Shown: positions 48,595-58,380 of the stretch, piece by piece
Position numbering within the stretch: position 1 is the stretch's first letter
How the letters are laid out: each line of letters starts with the position of its first letter
NCBI GenBank assembly: GCA_965222075.1
Contig: OZ244937.1
Location: forward strand, 1,504,001 to 1,568,000
Direction of reading: 5' to 3'
Length of the DNA stretch: 64,000 bases
Origin: Candidatus Latescibacterota bacterium
GTDB lineage: Bacteria; Latescibacterota; UBA2968; GCA-2709665
Position numbers and translations under genes: made by a program
Notes under the pieces: model-generated
Told to the model about the DNA's origin: nothing
The model's input: the letters and a program-made list of their open reading frames with translations, nothing else
The model's database searches: none

Positions 48595-49911
48595 ATGGCA
48601 GATAACGCCAGGGCCTCGCAAGCCCTCATCCACGCCTTTTTTCGCCTCCACCCCGGCGAGGCCGCCCGTGCGCTGGCCTCCTCGTCCATCCCCGAGGCCC
48701 TGCGTCTGCTGGAGGCCGGGGACGACTCCACGGCGGCTCAGGTCTTCAAGCGTCTGGACCCGGATCGGGCCGTCCAGCTCGTCGAGGCCATGGACGCGGC
48801 GTTGTTCCGGCGGCTCTGGACGGCGATGGACTATGGCATTGCAGCGACGCTCCTGGCCCGGCTGACCCCGGAGAGCCGGTCTGCTCGCCTGGCCGCCCTG
48901 CCCCGGGAGTTGGCCGCTGAAATGGAGGAACTGATGCGCTATCCGGCCGGATCGGCCGGCCTGCTCATGGACAGGTCGGTGACCGTCTTCGGCGCCGACG
49001 AGACCGCGGAAGAGGCCCTCGCCCGCATCCGCTCCTTTCCCAAGCGGCGCATCCACGACCTGTGCGTGGTCGACTCCGACGGGCGGCTGACTGCCGTGCT
49101 GCCGCTCCAGGAAGTGGCCGTGGCCCAGCCCGGGGAGCGGCTGGGCCGGCTGGCACAGGGGCCGCCGGTCTGCGTGCAGGACATGTCCTCGCGCGAGGAG
49201 GTGGTGGAACTGCTGGAAACCCACAAATTGGCCTCCCTGCCCGTGGTCAGTTTCGAGGGCCGGCTCACAGGGATCATCCGGCACAATACTCTGGTGGAGG
49301 CCGCCCAGCACGAGGCCAGCGGGAACCTGCAGACCATGGTCGGGGCGGGCCGGGAGGAGCATGCCTTGTCGGGCCCCTCGCTGGCCGTGCGCAAACGGCT
49401 GCCCTGGCTGCAGGTCAATCTGGCCACGGCCCTTCTGGCCGCTTCGGTGGTGGCCCTGTTCGAGGATACCATAGCCCGGTTCACCATCCTGGCCGTCTTT
49501 CTGCCGGTGGTGGCCGGCCAGGCGGGCAATACCGGGGCCCAGGCTATGGCCGTAGCCATGCGTGGGCTGGCCCTGCGCGAGTTCAGGCCGCGCAGTTGGT
49601 TCCGCGTGGCCCGCAAGGAACTGCTGGCCGGGCTGATCAACGGGCTAGCCATAGCCCTGACCACCTCCCTGATGGTCTACTTCTGGTCCGGAACGATAGG
49701 GCTGCCCCTCGTGCTGGGTGTGGCCATCGTCTTTTCGATGGCCATGGCCGGTCTGGCCGGGACGCTCATCCCCATCGTTCTCACGGTCCTGGGCAAGGAT
49801 CCGGCCCAGTCGGCTTCCATTGTTCTGACCACAGTGACCGACGTAGTGGGGTTCCTCAGTTTTCTGGGGCTGGCCACCCTGATGGCCGGCGCTTTCGGTC
49901 TGGCTCTTTAA
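48595..49911 (+). CDS. mgtE: Magnesium transporter MgtE
   Basis: YP..SAGLLM, CBS pair, RLPWL, GNTGAQ, DPAQSA..LTTVTDV. Confidence 0.92.
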   Translation: MADNARASQALIHAFFRLHPGEAARALASSSIPEALRLLEAGDDSTAAQVFKRLDPDRAVQLVEAMDAALFRRLWTAMDYGIAATLLARLTPESRSARLAALPRELAAEMEELMRYPAGSAGLLMDRSVTVFGADETAEEALARIRSFPKRRIHDLCVVDSDGRLTAVLPLQEVAVAQPGERLGRLAQGPPVCVQDMSSREEVVELLETHKLASLPVVSFEGRLTGIIRHNTLVEAAQHEASGNLQTMVGAGREEHALSGPSLAVRKRLPWLQVNLATALLAASVVALFEDTIARFTILAVFLPVVAGQAGNTGAQAMAVAMRGLALREFRPRSWFRVARKELLAGLINGLAIALTTSLMVYFWSGTIGLPLVLGVAIVFSMAMAGLAGTLIPIVLTVLGKDPAQSASIVLTTVTDVVGFLSFLGLATLMAGAFGLAL

Positions 49912-50530
49912 CCTCGTAGAGCACAACAATCAGACGCCCGGGACCGTGCACGCCAAGCGTCAACGTAAATTCAATATCGGCTGTTTTGCTCGGACCGCTG
50001 ATAAGGACCACATTGGCGGGCATGTCGCCGGCACGCCCGGACACCCAGGTAAAAAGATCCGGCGTGAGACACGAAACGGCAACCATCGCCACATGCACCG
50101 GCGGCAGCAGCGTCGCCAGACGGGACTTTTCAGAACCACTGTGGACGATAATACTGCCCGTCTCCGCCAGCCCCGCCTCAGCTCCGCTCAACCCCACATC
50201 CGCCCGCGCACAAAACTCACGTAAATCTCCCGCCGTCTGCCCCACCACATGCCATTCGCAGTCCGGCCACCGCTGTTTCAAATCCACCAGCGGAGGTTCA
50301 TTATTGGCCACCACTGCCTGCGCCCCCACTTCACGCAATATCCCATCTACCTCTCTCCATGCCAACTCCAAACTCGATGTCCGGCGCACCTCTCCCTTAG
50401 CCGCCCGCAACGACGCCGTAAAACGAGCCGCCAGGTCCGAAAACTTCCGCTCTGACCGCCACGCAGGAGGCGGATTCTCCTCACGCGCTTTGGAACGCAG
50501 GCGATTCAGGATCTCCTCACGCGCGCTCAT
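49856..50530 (-). CDS. lutC: Lactate utilisation protein C (LUD domain)
   Basis: AETGS, LLPPVH, ISGPSKTADIE..GVHGP; its tail reads into antisense mgtE. Confidence 0.88.
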   Translation of the reverse strand: MSAREEILNRLRSKAREENPPPAWRSERKFSDLAARFTASLRAAKGEVRRTSSLELAWREVDGILREVGAQAVVANNEPPLVDLKQRWPDCEWHVVGQTAGDLREFCARADVGLSGAEAGLAETGSIIVHSGSEKSRLATLLPPVHVAMVAVSCLTPDLFTWVSGRAGDMPANVVLISGPSKTADIEFTLTLGVHGPGRLIVVLYEVKEPDRKRRPSGWPAPEN

Positions 50531-51936
50531 TGCTTATCCTCCAACTCGCCCGACGCCCACATCTCACGAAAAGAGCGCCCGGACAAACCGGGCAGCTGGC
50601 GCTCCAGGGCCGGATTGAGAAAGCCGGGGAGGTTGAGCCTTCCCTCGCGGACAAACGGCCGCTGCACCAGCCGTACCGCACCGGCCACAAAGCGCATCAA
50701 CTTCTCACGCCCCAGCACAAACGCCACCGCCTCTTCCGCCTTTCGCTCCCGCCAGGGCAGCACCCGATCCGCCACCTCATCCGCGCGTAACTCCAGCAGC
50801 ATACGCGGCAAATCGATCCTTGCGGGGCAAACATCCTTGCACGCGCCGCACAGCGAACTGGCATGCGGCAGCGCGGCATAATCTTCCAGCCCGAACAACA
50901 GGGGCGTCACCACCGCTCCGATGGGACCGCTATAAGGACTGCCATACGAATGCCCCCCCGCCTCGCGGTACACCGGACACACATTGAGACAGGCCCCGCA
51001 GCGGATACACTGCAAAACCTCTTCATACTTCGTACCCACCAGGTCGCTGCGGCCGTTATCCAGCAAAACAATATGTACCGCTTCGGGACCATCGGCATCC
51101 CCGGCGCGGGCAGGGCCTGTGATGATGCTGGTGTAAATCGAAAGGGGTTGTCCCGCAGAACTCCGCGCCAGAAGCGAAAGCCACACGGCCGCGTCGTCCC
51201 AGGTAGGCGCGACCTTTTCGATGCCGATGACGGCGACGTGGATAGGCGGCGCGGAAGTGACCAGGCGGCCGTTGCCCTCATTCGTCACCAGCACAACGCT
51301 GCCCGTTTCGGCAACGGCAATATTGCCGCCGGAAATCCCCATCCCGGCCTCTAAAAAACAGGTGCGCAAGATGCGCCGCGCCTCGGCGGTGAGAGCGGGA
51401 ATATCATCTGCCAACGGCCGTCCCGCTTCCCGGCTCACAAGCGCCGCCACATCCTGCCGCGTCTTGTGAATCGCAGGCGCGATGATATGGAAAGGCGGCT
51501 CCTGAGCCAGCTGGATCAGCCACTCTCCCAGATCCGTCTCTACCGCTTCCACGCCCGCAGCCTCAAGCGCCCGGCCCAGGTGGATCTCCTCCGTCGCCAT
51601 CGACTTGCTCTTCGTGGCCAGCTTTACCCCGTGCCGACGGGCGATCTCCACCACGATTTCACACGCCTCCGCCCCATTTCCGGCCCAGTGCACCTGGGCG
51701 CCTGCTGCCGTGGCATTCTGTTCAAACGTCTCCAGGTGCCGGGCCAGTTGGCCCAGGGTAGCCGAGCGGATCGCCTTGAAATGGTCGCGCAGGCTTTCGG
51801 CGTTCGGAAATTCGGCCAGGGCACGACAGCGCGCCTCCCAGAAGTTGGTCGTCCCCTTATCCACCGCCTCCTGCAGCTGCCCATCCCCAATCGCAGCGGC
51901 TGCCCGTCGGCGAAACTCGGCAAAGGTTGTCGTCAT
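50527..51936 (-). CDS. lutB: Lactate utilisation protein B (Fe-S)
   Basis: KSKSM..EE, ETDLGE, CIRCGACLNVCP, LCGACKDVCP. Confidence 0.93.
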   Translation of the reverse strand: MTTTFAEFRRRAAAAIGDGQLQEAVDKGTTNFWEARCRALAEFPNAESLRDHFKAIRSATLGQLARHLETFEQNATAAGAQVHWAGNGAEACEIVVEIARRHGVKLATKSKSMATEEIHLGRALEAAGVEAVETDLGEWLIQLAQEPPFHIIAPAIHKTRQDVAALVSREAGRPLADDIPALTAEARRILRTCFLEAGMGISGGNIAVAETGSVVLVTNEGNGRLVTSAPPIHVAVIGIEKVAPTWDDAAVWLSLLARSSAGQPLSIYTSIITGPARAGDADGPEAVHIVLLDNGRSDLVGTKYEEVLQCIRCGACLNVCPVYREAGGHSYGSPYSGPIGAVVTPLLFGLEDYAALPHASSLCGACKDVCPARIDLPRMLLELRADEVADRVLPWRERKAEEAVAFVLGREKLMRFVAGAVRLVQRPFVREGRLNLPGFLNPALERQLPGLSGRSFREMWASGELEDKQ

Positions 51937-52661
51937 CGCGTCAGTTCCTCCAGCAGCGTGGCAAAGTGTTCCACGCGCAGCGAACTCCCCTGCGCCAATC
52001 CCCGCATCTGCACAAGACAACCAGGGTCAACCGTAACCAGCATATCGGCCCCCGTATCCGCTGCCTGGCGCACCTTCTCGGCCGTCATCGCGTTGGAAAC
52101 CTCCGGCATACGCATCGAAAACAGTCCGCCAAAACCGCAGCACCGGTCCGATTCCGTCATTTCAAAAACCCTGCACCCGGCCTTTTCCAGCAACCGGCGC
52201 GGCTCCTCTCGCAGATTGAGCGTGCGGCATATATGGCAGGAATCGTGGTAGGTAACGCCGGGCGCGGCAGCAACGGCTGTTGGCTCCCATTGGGCCTGGT
52301 GCGTCAGAAATTGGCTCAACTCATAGGTTTTGGCGGCCAGCCTTTGAGCGCGGCGGTGCCACTCCGGCCATGCCTCAAGCAGGTGGGGATACTCCGCCCG
52401 GGCCATCACCGTGCAGGAACCGCCTGGCAGAACCACCGCCTCATAGTCCTCAAAGATCTCCACCGTTCGTTTGGCCAAATCGATTGCCTCCTGTCGAAAG
52501 CCGCTATTGAAAAAGGGCTGTCCACAGCACGTCTGCGCCTCCGGAAAATCCACCGTATATCCGGCCCGTCGCAACAACTGCACCGCTGCGATCCCGACTT
52601 CCGGCAAGATTTGATCGACCACACAGGTAACACACAGGGCCACCCGTTTCGATTGCGTCAT
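51933..52661 (-). CDS. lutA: Lactate utilisation protein A (CCG domains)
   Basis: QTCCGQP, YHDSCH, CCGFGG. Confidence 0.93.
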   Translation of the reverse strand: MTQSKRVALCVTCVVDQILPEVGIAAVQLLRRAGYTVDFPEAQTCCGQPFFNSGFRQEAIDLAKRTVEIFEDYEAVVLPGGSCTVMARAEYPHLLEAWPEWHRRAQRLAAKTYELSQFLTHQAQWEPTAVAAAPGVTYHDSCHICRTLNLREEPRRLLEKAGCRVFEMTESDRCCGFGGLFSMRMPEVSNAMTAEKVRQAADTGADMLVTVDPGCLVQMRGLAQGSSLRVEHFATLLEELTR

Positions 52662-53629
52662 CGTGTAGAACCTTCACCTCCAACGCGCGGAGGCAGCGTC
52701 AGTCTCCAGGCATCGTTCACAACAGGCCACGTATTGCCGGCCACCACCCACAGGCTGTTGTCGTACACATAACAGGTCGGCTCGTGCCGGTCCGCGAACC
52801 TGGTTTCGGAGACGAATTCCTGCCAGGTCACGCCATCCACCGAATGCCAGACATCGCCGAAATTCTTGTGATTCGCATTGTCGTACCCCCCGATAATCCA
52901 CATCTTTTCATCGTACACTTTGGAAATGAACCACATCCTGGGCGCCCACGGCGCATGCTCCAGAACGCGTGTCCAGCTTGCCCCGTCCTCTGAACACCAG
53001 ACATCGTTGAACGTCGTATATTCCGGGTACCCATTTTCAGGAGGCGTATTGACCTCGGACACGCGCCCGCCCATCAGCCACAGCTTGTCCGCAAAAACCA
53101 CAACCGCCGACGCCGCCCGATCTCCAAACGGCGCGTCGTCCGTCGCCAGCATCCAGTTCACACCGTCGCCCGAATGCCACACATCCCTGCCGCTGCCCAG
53201 TTGCCACATCCTGCCCTTGTGAACAACCAGCTCTCCATACCCCCGGGACCCGAAAGGTGTGGACTCTGCCGCCCGGGTCCAGTTCACACCGTCGGTCGAA
53301 TACCAGGCGCTGCCTTTAATCGCCCACATTTTCCCGTCGTAGGCCACCATCTCACTGTACCCGTCATAGGGCGTATCCGGGTTGATCAGCGTCCACGTTA
53401 CCCCATCGGTGGACGACCAGAGGTCTCTTGTGAGCACCCCGTCGTGGTAGTATCCATTGCTCAACCACATCCTGCCATCGTAAACCACATCCTCCGCCGT
53501 ATCCCGGGGGCTGAAAGCAGCCTCGTCCGTCACCTTTACCCAGGAACCCTGCTGATGCACAGCGCCTGAACCTCCTCCGGATGGATGGTGCCGGACCCCA
53601 AATCCGCCTGAGATCTTGTGTAATCCCAT
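52658..53629 (-). CDS. Kelch-like beta-propeller protein
   Basis: Repeats of (K)MW.xGG...DVW.S.DG.TW; ATGA-coupled to lutA. Confidence 0.8.
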   Translation of the reverse strand: MGLHKISGGFGVRHHPSGGGSGAVHQQGSWVKVTDEAAFSPRDTAEDVVYDGRMWLSNGYYHDGVLTRDLWSSTDGVTWTLINPDTPYDGYSEMVAYDGKMWAIKGSAWYSTDGVNWTRAAESTPFGSRGYGELVVHKGRMWQLGSGRDVWHSGDGVNWMLATDDAPFGDRAASAVVVFADKLWLMGGRVSEVNTPPENGYPEYTTFNDVWCSEDGASWTRVLEHAPWAPRMWFISKVYDEKMWIIGGYDNANHKNFGDVWHSVDGVTWQEFVSETRFADRHEPTCYVYDNSLWVVAGNTWPVVNDAWRLTLPPRVGGEGSTR

Positions 53630-53683
53630 TCGAACCTCCGTTCTCGCTCTGCGGTTTCCGGATCGAACAGCTGCGGCTCATAA

Positions 53684-53762
53684 GTGTGCCGGGCACACCC
53701 TCCGCGCCAACCCAACTATGTTTAAAATCCTGTATGATGTCAAGCGCTATCCCAACACGTAC
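53684..53762 (-). promoter_or_regulatory. Bipartite repeat copy 2, supplying a putative sigma70 promoter for kelch-lutABC
   Basis: Minus strand TTGACA (53743-53738)-N17-CATAGT (53720-53715), then a GTGTGC-CCG-GCACAC hairpin. Confidence 0.55.
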
Positions 53763-53831
53763 GGACCGTTCCGCAGATTCCGTTAAGAGGGAGGTCGGTG
53801 TACGAAAAAGCGAACCTGCTGATCCGTCGTA

Positions 53832-53857
53832 GAACTTTTTAGCTCCTTCCGTCGTCT
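53832..53857 (+). promoter_or_regulatory. Putative autoregulatory ECF-sigma promoter
   Basis: GAACTT...CGTCT with AAC-N17-CGT spacing, ~50 bp before the ECF gene. Confidence 0.55.
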
Positions 53858-53906
53858 CACGAACACAAGCCTCCAGGAACCCATGATTTTTTCCACCGGA
53901 GGATAG

Positions 53907-54497
53907 ATGACGGATGCCGAGCTGATCAGGCGTTTCCGCGACGGCGAGTCGCATGCCTTCAATGGGCTGGTAGGGCGCTGGCACAGGCGCCTTTACAACT
54001 TCATCCTGCGCCATGTGGGAGACCGCGAGGAAGCGCAGGATCTGTGCCAGCAGGCCTTCATCAGGGCCTACCGCAACATCCGCCGGCTGCGGGACCCCGA
54101 GAAGTTCTCCTCCTGGCTCTACCAGATTGCGGTCAATACCTGTCGGGACGAGTTGAGGAGGCGACAGCGTCACCCCACGGTCTCTCTGGAAAGCCTGGAG
54201 CAAGGGACCAATGGGCAGCCGTACGGGGGCCTGAAGTCTTCGGTAAGAGCAGATGTCCGGGCCCACGAGCGCGACCTGCGCGATCTGCTCAACCGGGCGT
54301 TGCAATCCATTCCGGAGGAACAACGGGTTGTGGTCGTCATGAAAGAATACCAGCACTTGAAGTTCACCGAAATCGCCGCCGCCCTGGAGTTGTCGGTCAA
54401 CACGGTTAAATCCCGGCTGTATTATGGCCTGAACAACCTCAGGAAGCTACTGGATCAGTGGAATATCACCCAGGAGACGATCGATGATGAAGTGTGA
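53907..54497 (+). CDS. ECF RNA polymerase sigma factor
   Basis: AQDLCQQAF, FSSWLYQIAVN, EIA..L..SVNTVKSRL. Confidence 0.93.
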   Translation: MTDAELIRRFRDGESHAFNGLVGRWHRRLYNFILRHVGDREEAQDLCQQAFIRAYRNIRRLRDPEKFSSWLYQIAVNTCRDELRRRQRHPTVSLESLEQGTNGQPYGGLKSSVRADVRAHERDLRDLLNRALQSIPEEQRVVVVMKEYQHLKFTEIAAALELSVNTVKSRLYYGLNNLRKLLDQWNITQETIDDEV

Positions 54498-55197
54498 GCT
54501 GCCCAGAGAGAAGCTTGTTGGCTACCTCTACGACGAGGTGGATGCGGAAGGAAGGGCCGGTATCGAGGCCCACATCAAGACCTGTCCTTCCTGTACGCAA
54601 GCGCTGGAGAAACTGGGGCGGACCACGAACCTGATGCGTGCCTGGGCGGATGAAGATCCGCCTGCGAGCCTGGTCTTCGCTCCGGAAAAACTCCCCTGGT
54701 GGAAAGCCCTCTTTCCCGACTGGCTGTCCACGGGGAACCGGCGCTGGTTGGCGCCGGGCCTGTCTTTGGGACTGGCCGGGGTCATCCTGATCCTGGCCCT
54801 GTTGAACTTCGAGGCGGAGTACGACGGGCAGGGAGGTTTCCACCTGAAGCTGAGGCTGCCTGTGAAGGCAGAGCCCGACCCGGCCGCAGCGGTTCTCGAG
54901 GCGCCGCTCACGCGGGCGGAGTTGATCCAGGTGCAACAACAGTCCCTGGTCCTGATCCAGGAGTTGATCCGCGAGGGACACGACCAGCAACGCGTGGAAC
55001 TCGGTCTGATCCTGGACCGGTTCGCCCGGGATCTGGAGGCCCAGCGCCGCCGGGATTTGCAGCTGGTAGGCCAGGGCTTGCAGGAAATCGACGGGGCGAC
55101 GGAGAGCCGCTTCATGCAGACGGAAGGCCTTTTGCGCCACTTGCTGGCGGTCTCATACGCGCAGGCGGATCCGTACACACGTTCCACCACTGAATGA
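54484..55197 (+). CDS. Zinc-finger (zf-HC2) membrane anti-sigma factor
   Basis: HIKTCPSC (HxxxCxxC) plus one TM helix; overlaps the sigma gene. Confidence 0.85.
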   Translation: MMKCELPREKLVGYLYDEVDAEGRAGIEAHIKTCPSCTQALEKLGRTTNLMRAWADEDPPASLVFAPEKLPWWKALFPDWLSTGNRRWLAPGLSLGLAGVILILALLNFEAEYDGQGGFHLKLRLPVKAEPDPAAAVLEAPLTRAELIQVQQQSLVLIQELIREGHDQQRVELGLILDRFARDLEAQRRRDLQLVGQGLQEIDGATESRFMQTEGLLRHLLAVSYAQADPYTRSTTE

Positions 55198-55217
55198 TCT
55201 GCACAGGGAGATAGAAA

Positions 55218-56430
55218 ATGAAAGCCTGTCATCTTATCGCCTTCATCACGGCCTGCTGCCTTTCTCTTCCGGCTTCCGCCGGCGAAGTCGAGATCGACCG
55301 GGAGCGCATGCAGCAGGATCTGAACATCATGGAAGGCATCCTGCAAAACCTGCACGCCCAGAACACCCCCTTCATAACCGGTATCCATCGAGAACCGCAC
55401 GTGCGGGGATTGTACTTTGAAAACTACGGGGTAATCTTTCTGATAGAAGAACGCCGTCCAGCAGGAATCAGATTCACCCTCACCCTGGGATCTTTTGAGT
55501 CGGCCGCAGAGGCGTCCAAGAAGCATGAGGGAGGCGATGTCGTAAAGGACATCAGGGCGCAACGGGAGAAAAGACGCGTTGCCTTCCAGGATCGGCTCGG
55601 CGAATTTTTGGGCACGTACGCGGATGCGATCCGCCAGTTGAAAGACGAAGACCGCATCACGATCCTGGTCCATTACCAACCTCTTTCTCCTATCTCCAAA
55701 GAAGCTTTAGACCATATACCGGAACTCCAGGCAGTCGCTAAACAGCTGGATAGTCTCAAATCTCCCCGAAAGGGGCGGAAGATCCAAAAAAAACACCTCT
55801 ACCGCGTGTTGTCGGAACCGGTTTACTCAGAGGTTACGGCAAAAAAGCGCGATATCGTAGCCTACCGCCGCGAGCGCATCAGCGAGGCGGAGTTTCGCAA
55901 GCGGATCGTCTCTCGCGAGCACAAGCCGGATGCTTCCACGATAAAAAAGATCGGTGTCCTGGCCACCATCCTGGACAAGGCCCTGAAGCGGCCCGACCAT
56001 CTGGCCCGGGATTTCAACAAGACCCTGGGCATATACCAGGAAGGGTTGGGGGCCCTCTTCTTCGTGAACGCGGGAAGCGGGTACCGTACGGACCATCCTG
56101 TGTTCAAAAACAAAACAAAAGAGCTCAGGTTGCCGATCCATCGTCGTAGACAGGGGCAAGGAAGAAAGTCAAATCCAGGATCGGTTCAAGGAAGACCTGG
56201 TCAATGTGGTGGGAGATTACGGCTATTCCCTGCGCACCCTCAAACCCCAGGAATACATCGTGGTCGAAGTTCGCTTTCCGGAAGCGTTGTGGAGCGGCTG
56301 GTCGGACCCGCCCTGGTCGGACCCGCGGGGGCTTGTGCTGAAGGTGCGGAAGAAGGATGTGGATGCCTATACCCGGGAGGACCTCGACCTGGCAGCGTTT
56401 CGCCAGAAAGTGGATATCCAGGAATTTTAA
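55218..56430 (+). pseudogene. Exported hypothetical protein of the ECF operon, split by one frameshift near 56080-56150
   Basis: Signal peptide; internal two-fold repeat (GLYFENYGVIF / GIYQEGLGALF; LGTYADAIRQLK / VGDYGYSLRTLK). The second repeat finishes in a different frame. Confidence 0.7.
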
Positions 56431-57038
56431 GCCCCTCACGCATCTCGCCTCCCCCGCCTTCGGGTCGCCTTTTCAGCGTGTCCGGTTCCCCGGACCAAAT
56501 CTCCGTCAACCAAACCCTATTGGGAGCCCAAACGAAGTTCCGGCAAACGATCATAAGGTAGCTTGCCCGACCCTGGCGTGCGTAAATTGCCTTGACAGAG
56601 ACTCCAAAAGGGGCTTTATTAAACCTAAACTTGGGGAACCTTCGCCTACCTGTTAGCGTCGGACGGGTAGGACCAGAAGAATTCGCCGTTTCTGCGCGTG
56701 GAGACAAGCATATCTGTGTTCGGAACGGACGTTCCTTGCAAAGGTCACGATCGGGTTTACTCGGGGAGTTCGACTATTTGGTGTCTTGTCCCCTCAGGAG
56801 TTCACCAGAGTGCACTCGTCGAATTTACGGTGCAAGGATGGGCCGAGGGCCGGAATTCTCCTGCGGCTACTGCGAGCAAGATTGAGCGCCCGCCTCGCCT
56901 TTATCAGTCGGCTATATATTTGTACAGAACAGCAATCTTGACTTGGAGCAAATCAGTGACATCTTCAACTGAATCGCCCAGTGATCCTTGTAGCGCTAAC
57001 CGCCAACCATCGCACGATCTTCATCTCGTTCAGATACA

Positions 57039-57793
57039 ATGAAGAGATACCCCAAGGCACCAGTATCCGAGGTTATCTTTGGCGTGACCTTTTCAGAGAA
57101 ACGCCTATCAATAAGGGACCTGTTTGACGGCCAGCAGGCCCTATCGGACAAATACCCGCGAGTGGAGATCCGTCCCCCCTTGTCGACGAATGGATGTCAG
57201 GATTCCAGATCACCCAGGACCTGAATCCTGACAGGACGGGGGCTGTCCTTATTCGTCTGCGCAGCGACGACGACAATTGGATGTGCCAAATACAAGCGAA
57301 TAAAGTCTACCTCAACTGGATTCGCCCAGACCATGAACCAGTCGGCAACTATCCTGGTTACACCGCCGTTTATCGTAAATTCGGTGACTTACTTAATGCC
57401 CTGAGCCTTGGTTTCTCAGAATTCACCTCGGATTCAGTCAAATACTACGACCTCACCTATCACGATCGTCTCGAGTGGCAGGAGTACATTGACAGCCTGA
57501 GTGATGCCTACAAGATCATGCGGTTCAGGCCTCCGGAGATCGAGACTCCGGAGGGGCTCAACAACTCATTCTCACGTTATACCTACAGCTATGATTCCCT
57601 GGGCGGATATGGCATTTTTGCCGTGAACACGGCCACTGCCGCCACGGGAAAACAGGTTCTGCAGCTCGAGAGCACCCTTCGTGGTATCACCCCACATCAG
57701 TCGAGTGACGCCTGGTTCAACGCGGCACACATGGTCCAGTACGATCATTTCAGCAGAATTTTCACACCGGAGATTCTTGAACAATGGGCCTAG
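57039..57793 (+). CDS. TIGR04255-like protein, frameshifted at a C6 run (57174-57179)
   Basis: YPKAPVSEVIFGVTF start, QIQANKVYLNW, NYPGY, LTYHDRL, WFNAAH..F. One extra C joins the two ORFs (RPPLVDEWM). Confidence 0.7.
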
Positions 57794-58380
57794 ACATAGT
57801 CCAAGTCCCCTACGTGAAAGAGTCGCCATCAGTGTTCAACGATGACAAGGTGGGAGCATTTAATACACCGGAGGCGACTCCTGTTTCGGGTTTCGTGGAG
57901 GAGGTCCGCACCCCCGACACCTCGGATATTTCCTCTTTCGGCGCTGTTAATTATCTTAGTCGTGGCCGGTCAGACGACTGGAAGGAAACCGGACTTCAGA
58001 GTTTCGCCTCTCTCGTGTCCAACAGATTCAGCTATCTCGGGGGGTTGCGGAATCTCGAACGAGATTGGGTTTCCGGAGGTGCCGTCAAGCCATCATCCTC
58101 GGCGATTAGCCTCTCCCAAGAATTGCTTCTCTACATCAGAAAGAAGGTGTCTAGCGAAGAATTCAAACTCATTCCGAGGATAGTTATGGGCCCTATCCCA
58201 AGCGGAGGAATAATCGTTGAACTTCATGCGGATGACGATAATGCAATTAACGTGACTATAACGAACGATGATCGCGTGTACCTGGAGGTTCTATCCGGCG
58301 GCTGCTATTTCGAAGTCAACATATCGGGAAACGAGTTGATCGGCATGGTAACCTCTCAATATGCCTCCATCTCCCGGTAG
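57784..58380 (+). CDS. Hypothetical protein, putative antitoxin
   Basis: Overlaps both neighbours; S/T/P/E-rich N-terminus, then L..L..DW..GA..PS..AI...P.PSGGI..E domain. Confidence 0.6.
   Translation: MGLDIVQVPYVKESPSVFNDDKVGAFNTPEATPVSGFVEEVRTPDTSDISSFGAVNYLSRGRSDDWKETGLQSFASLVSNRFSYLGGLRNLERDWVSGGAVKPSSSAISLSQELLLYIRKKVSSEEFKLIPRIVMGPIPSGGIIVELHADDDNAINVTITNDDRVYLEVLSGGCYFEVNISGNELIGMVTSQYASISR

Noticed and set aside
56430-57038. Protein-coding gene or ncRNA upstream of the three-gene cassette
   Set aside because: Short ORFs lack recognisable motifs or SD sites, and I could not support any RNA structure.
57171-57185. Programmed -1 ribosomal frameshift
   Set aside because: No canonical X-XXY-YYZ heptamer or obvious downstream structure; a homopolymer indel is simpler.
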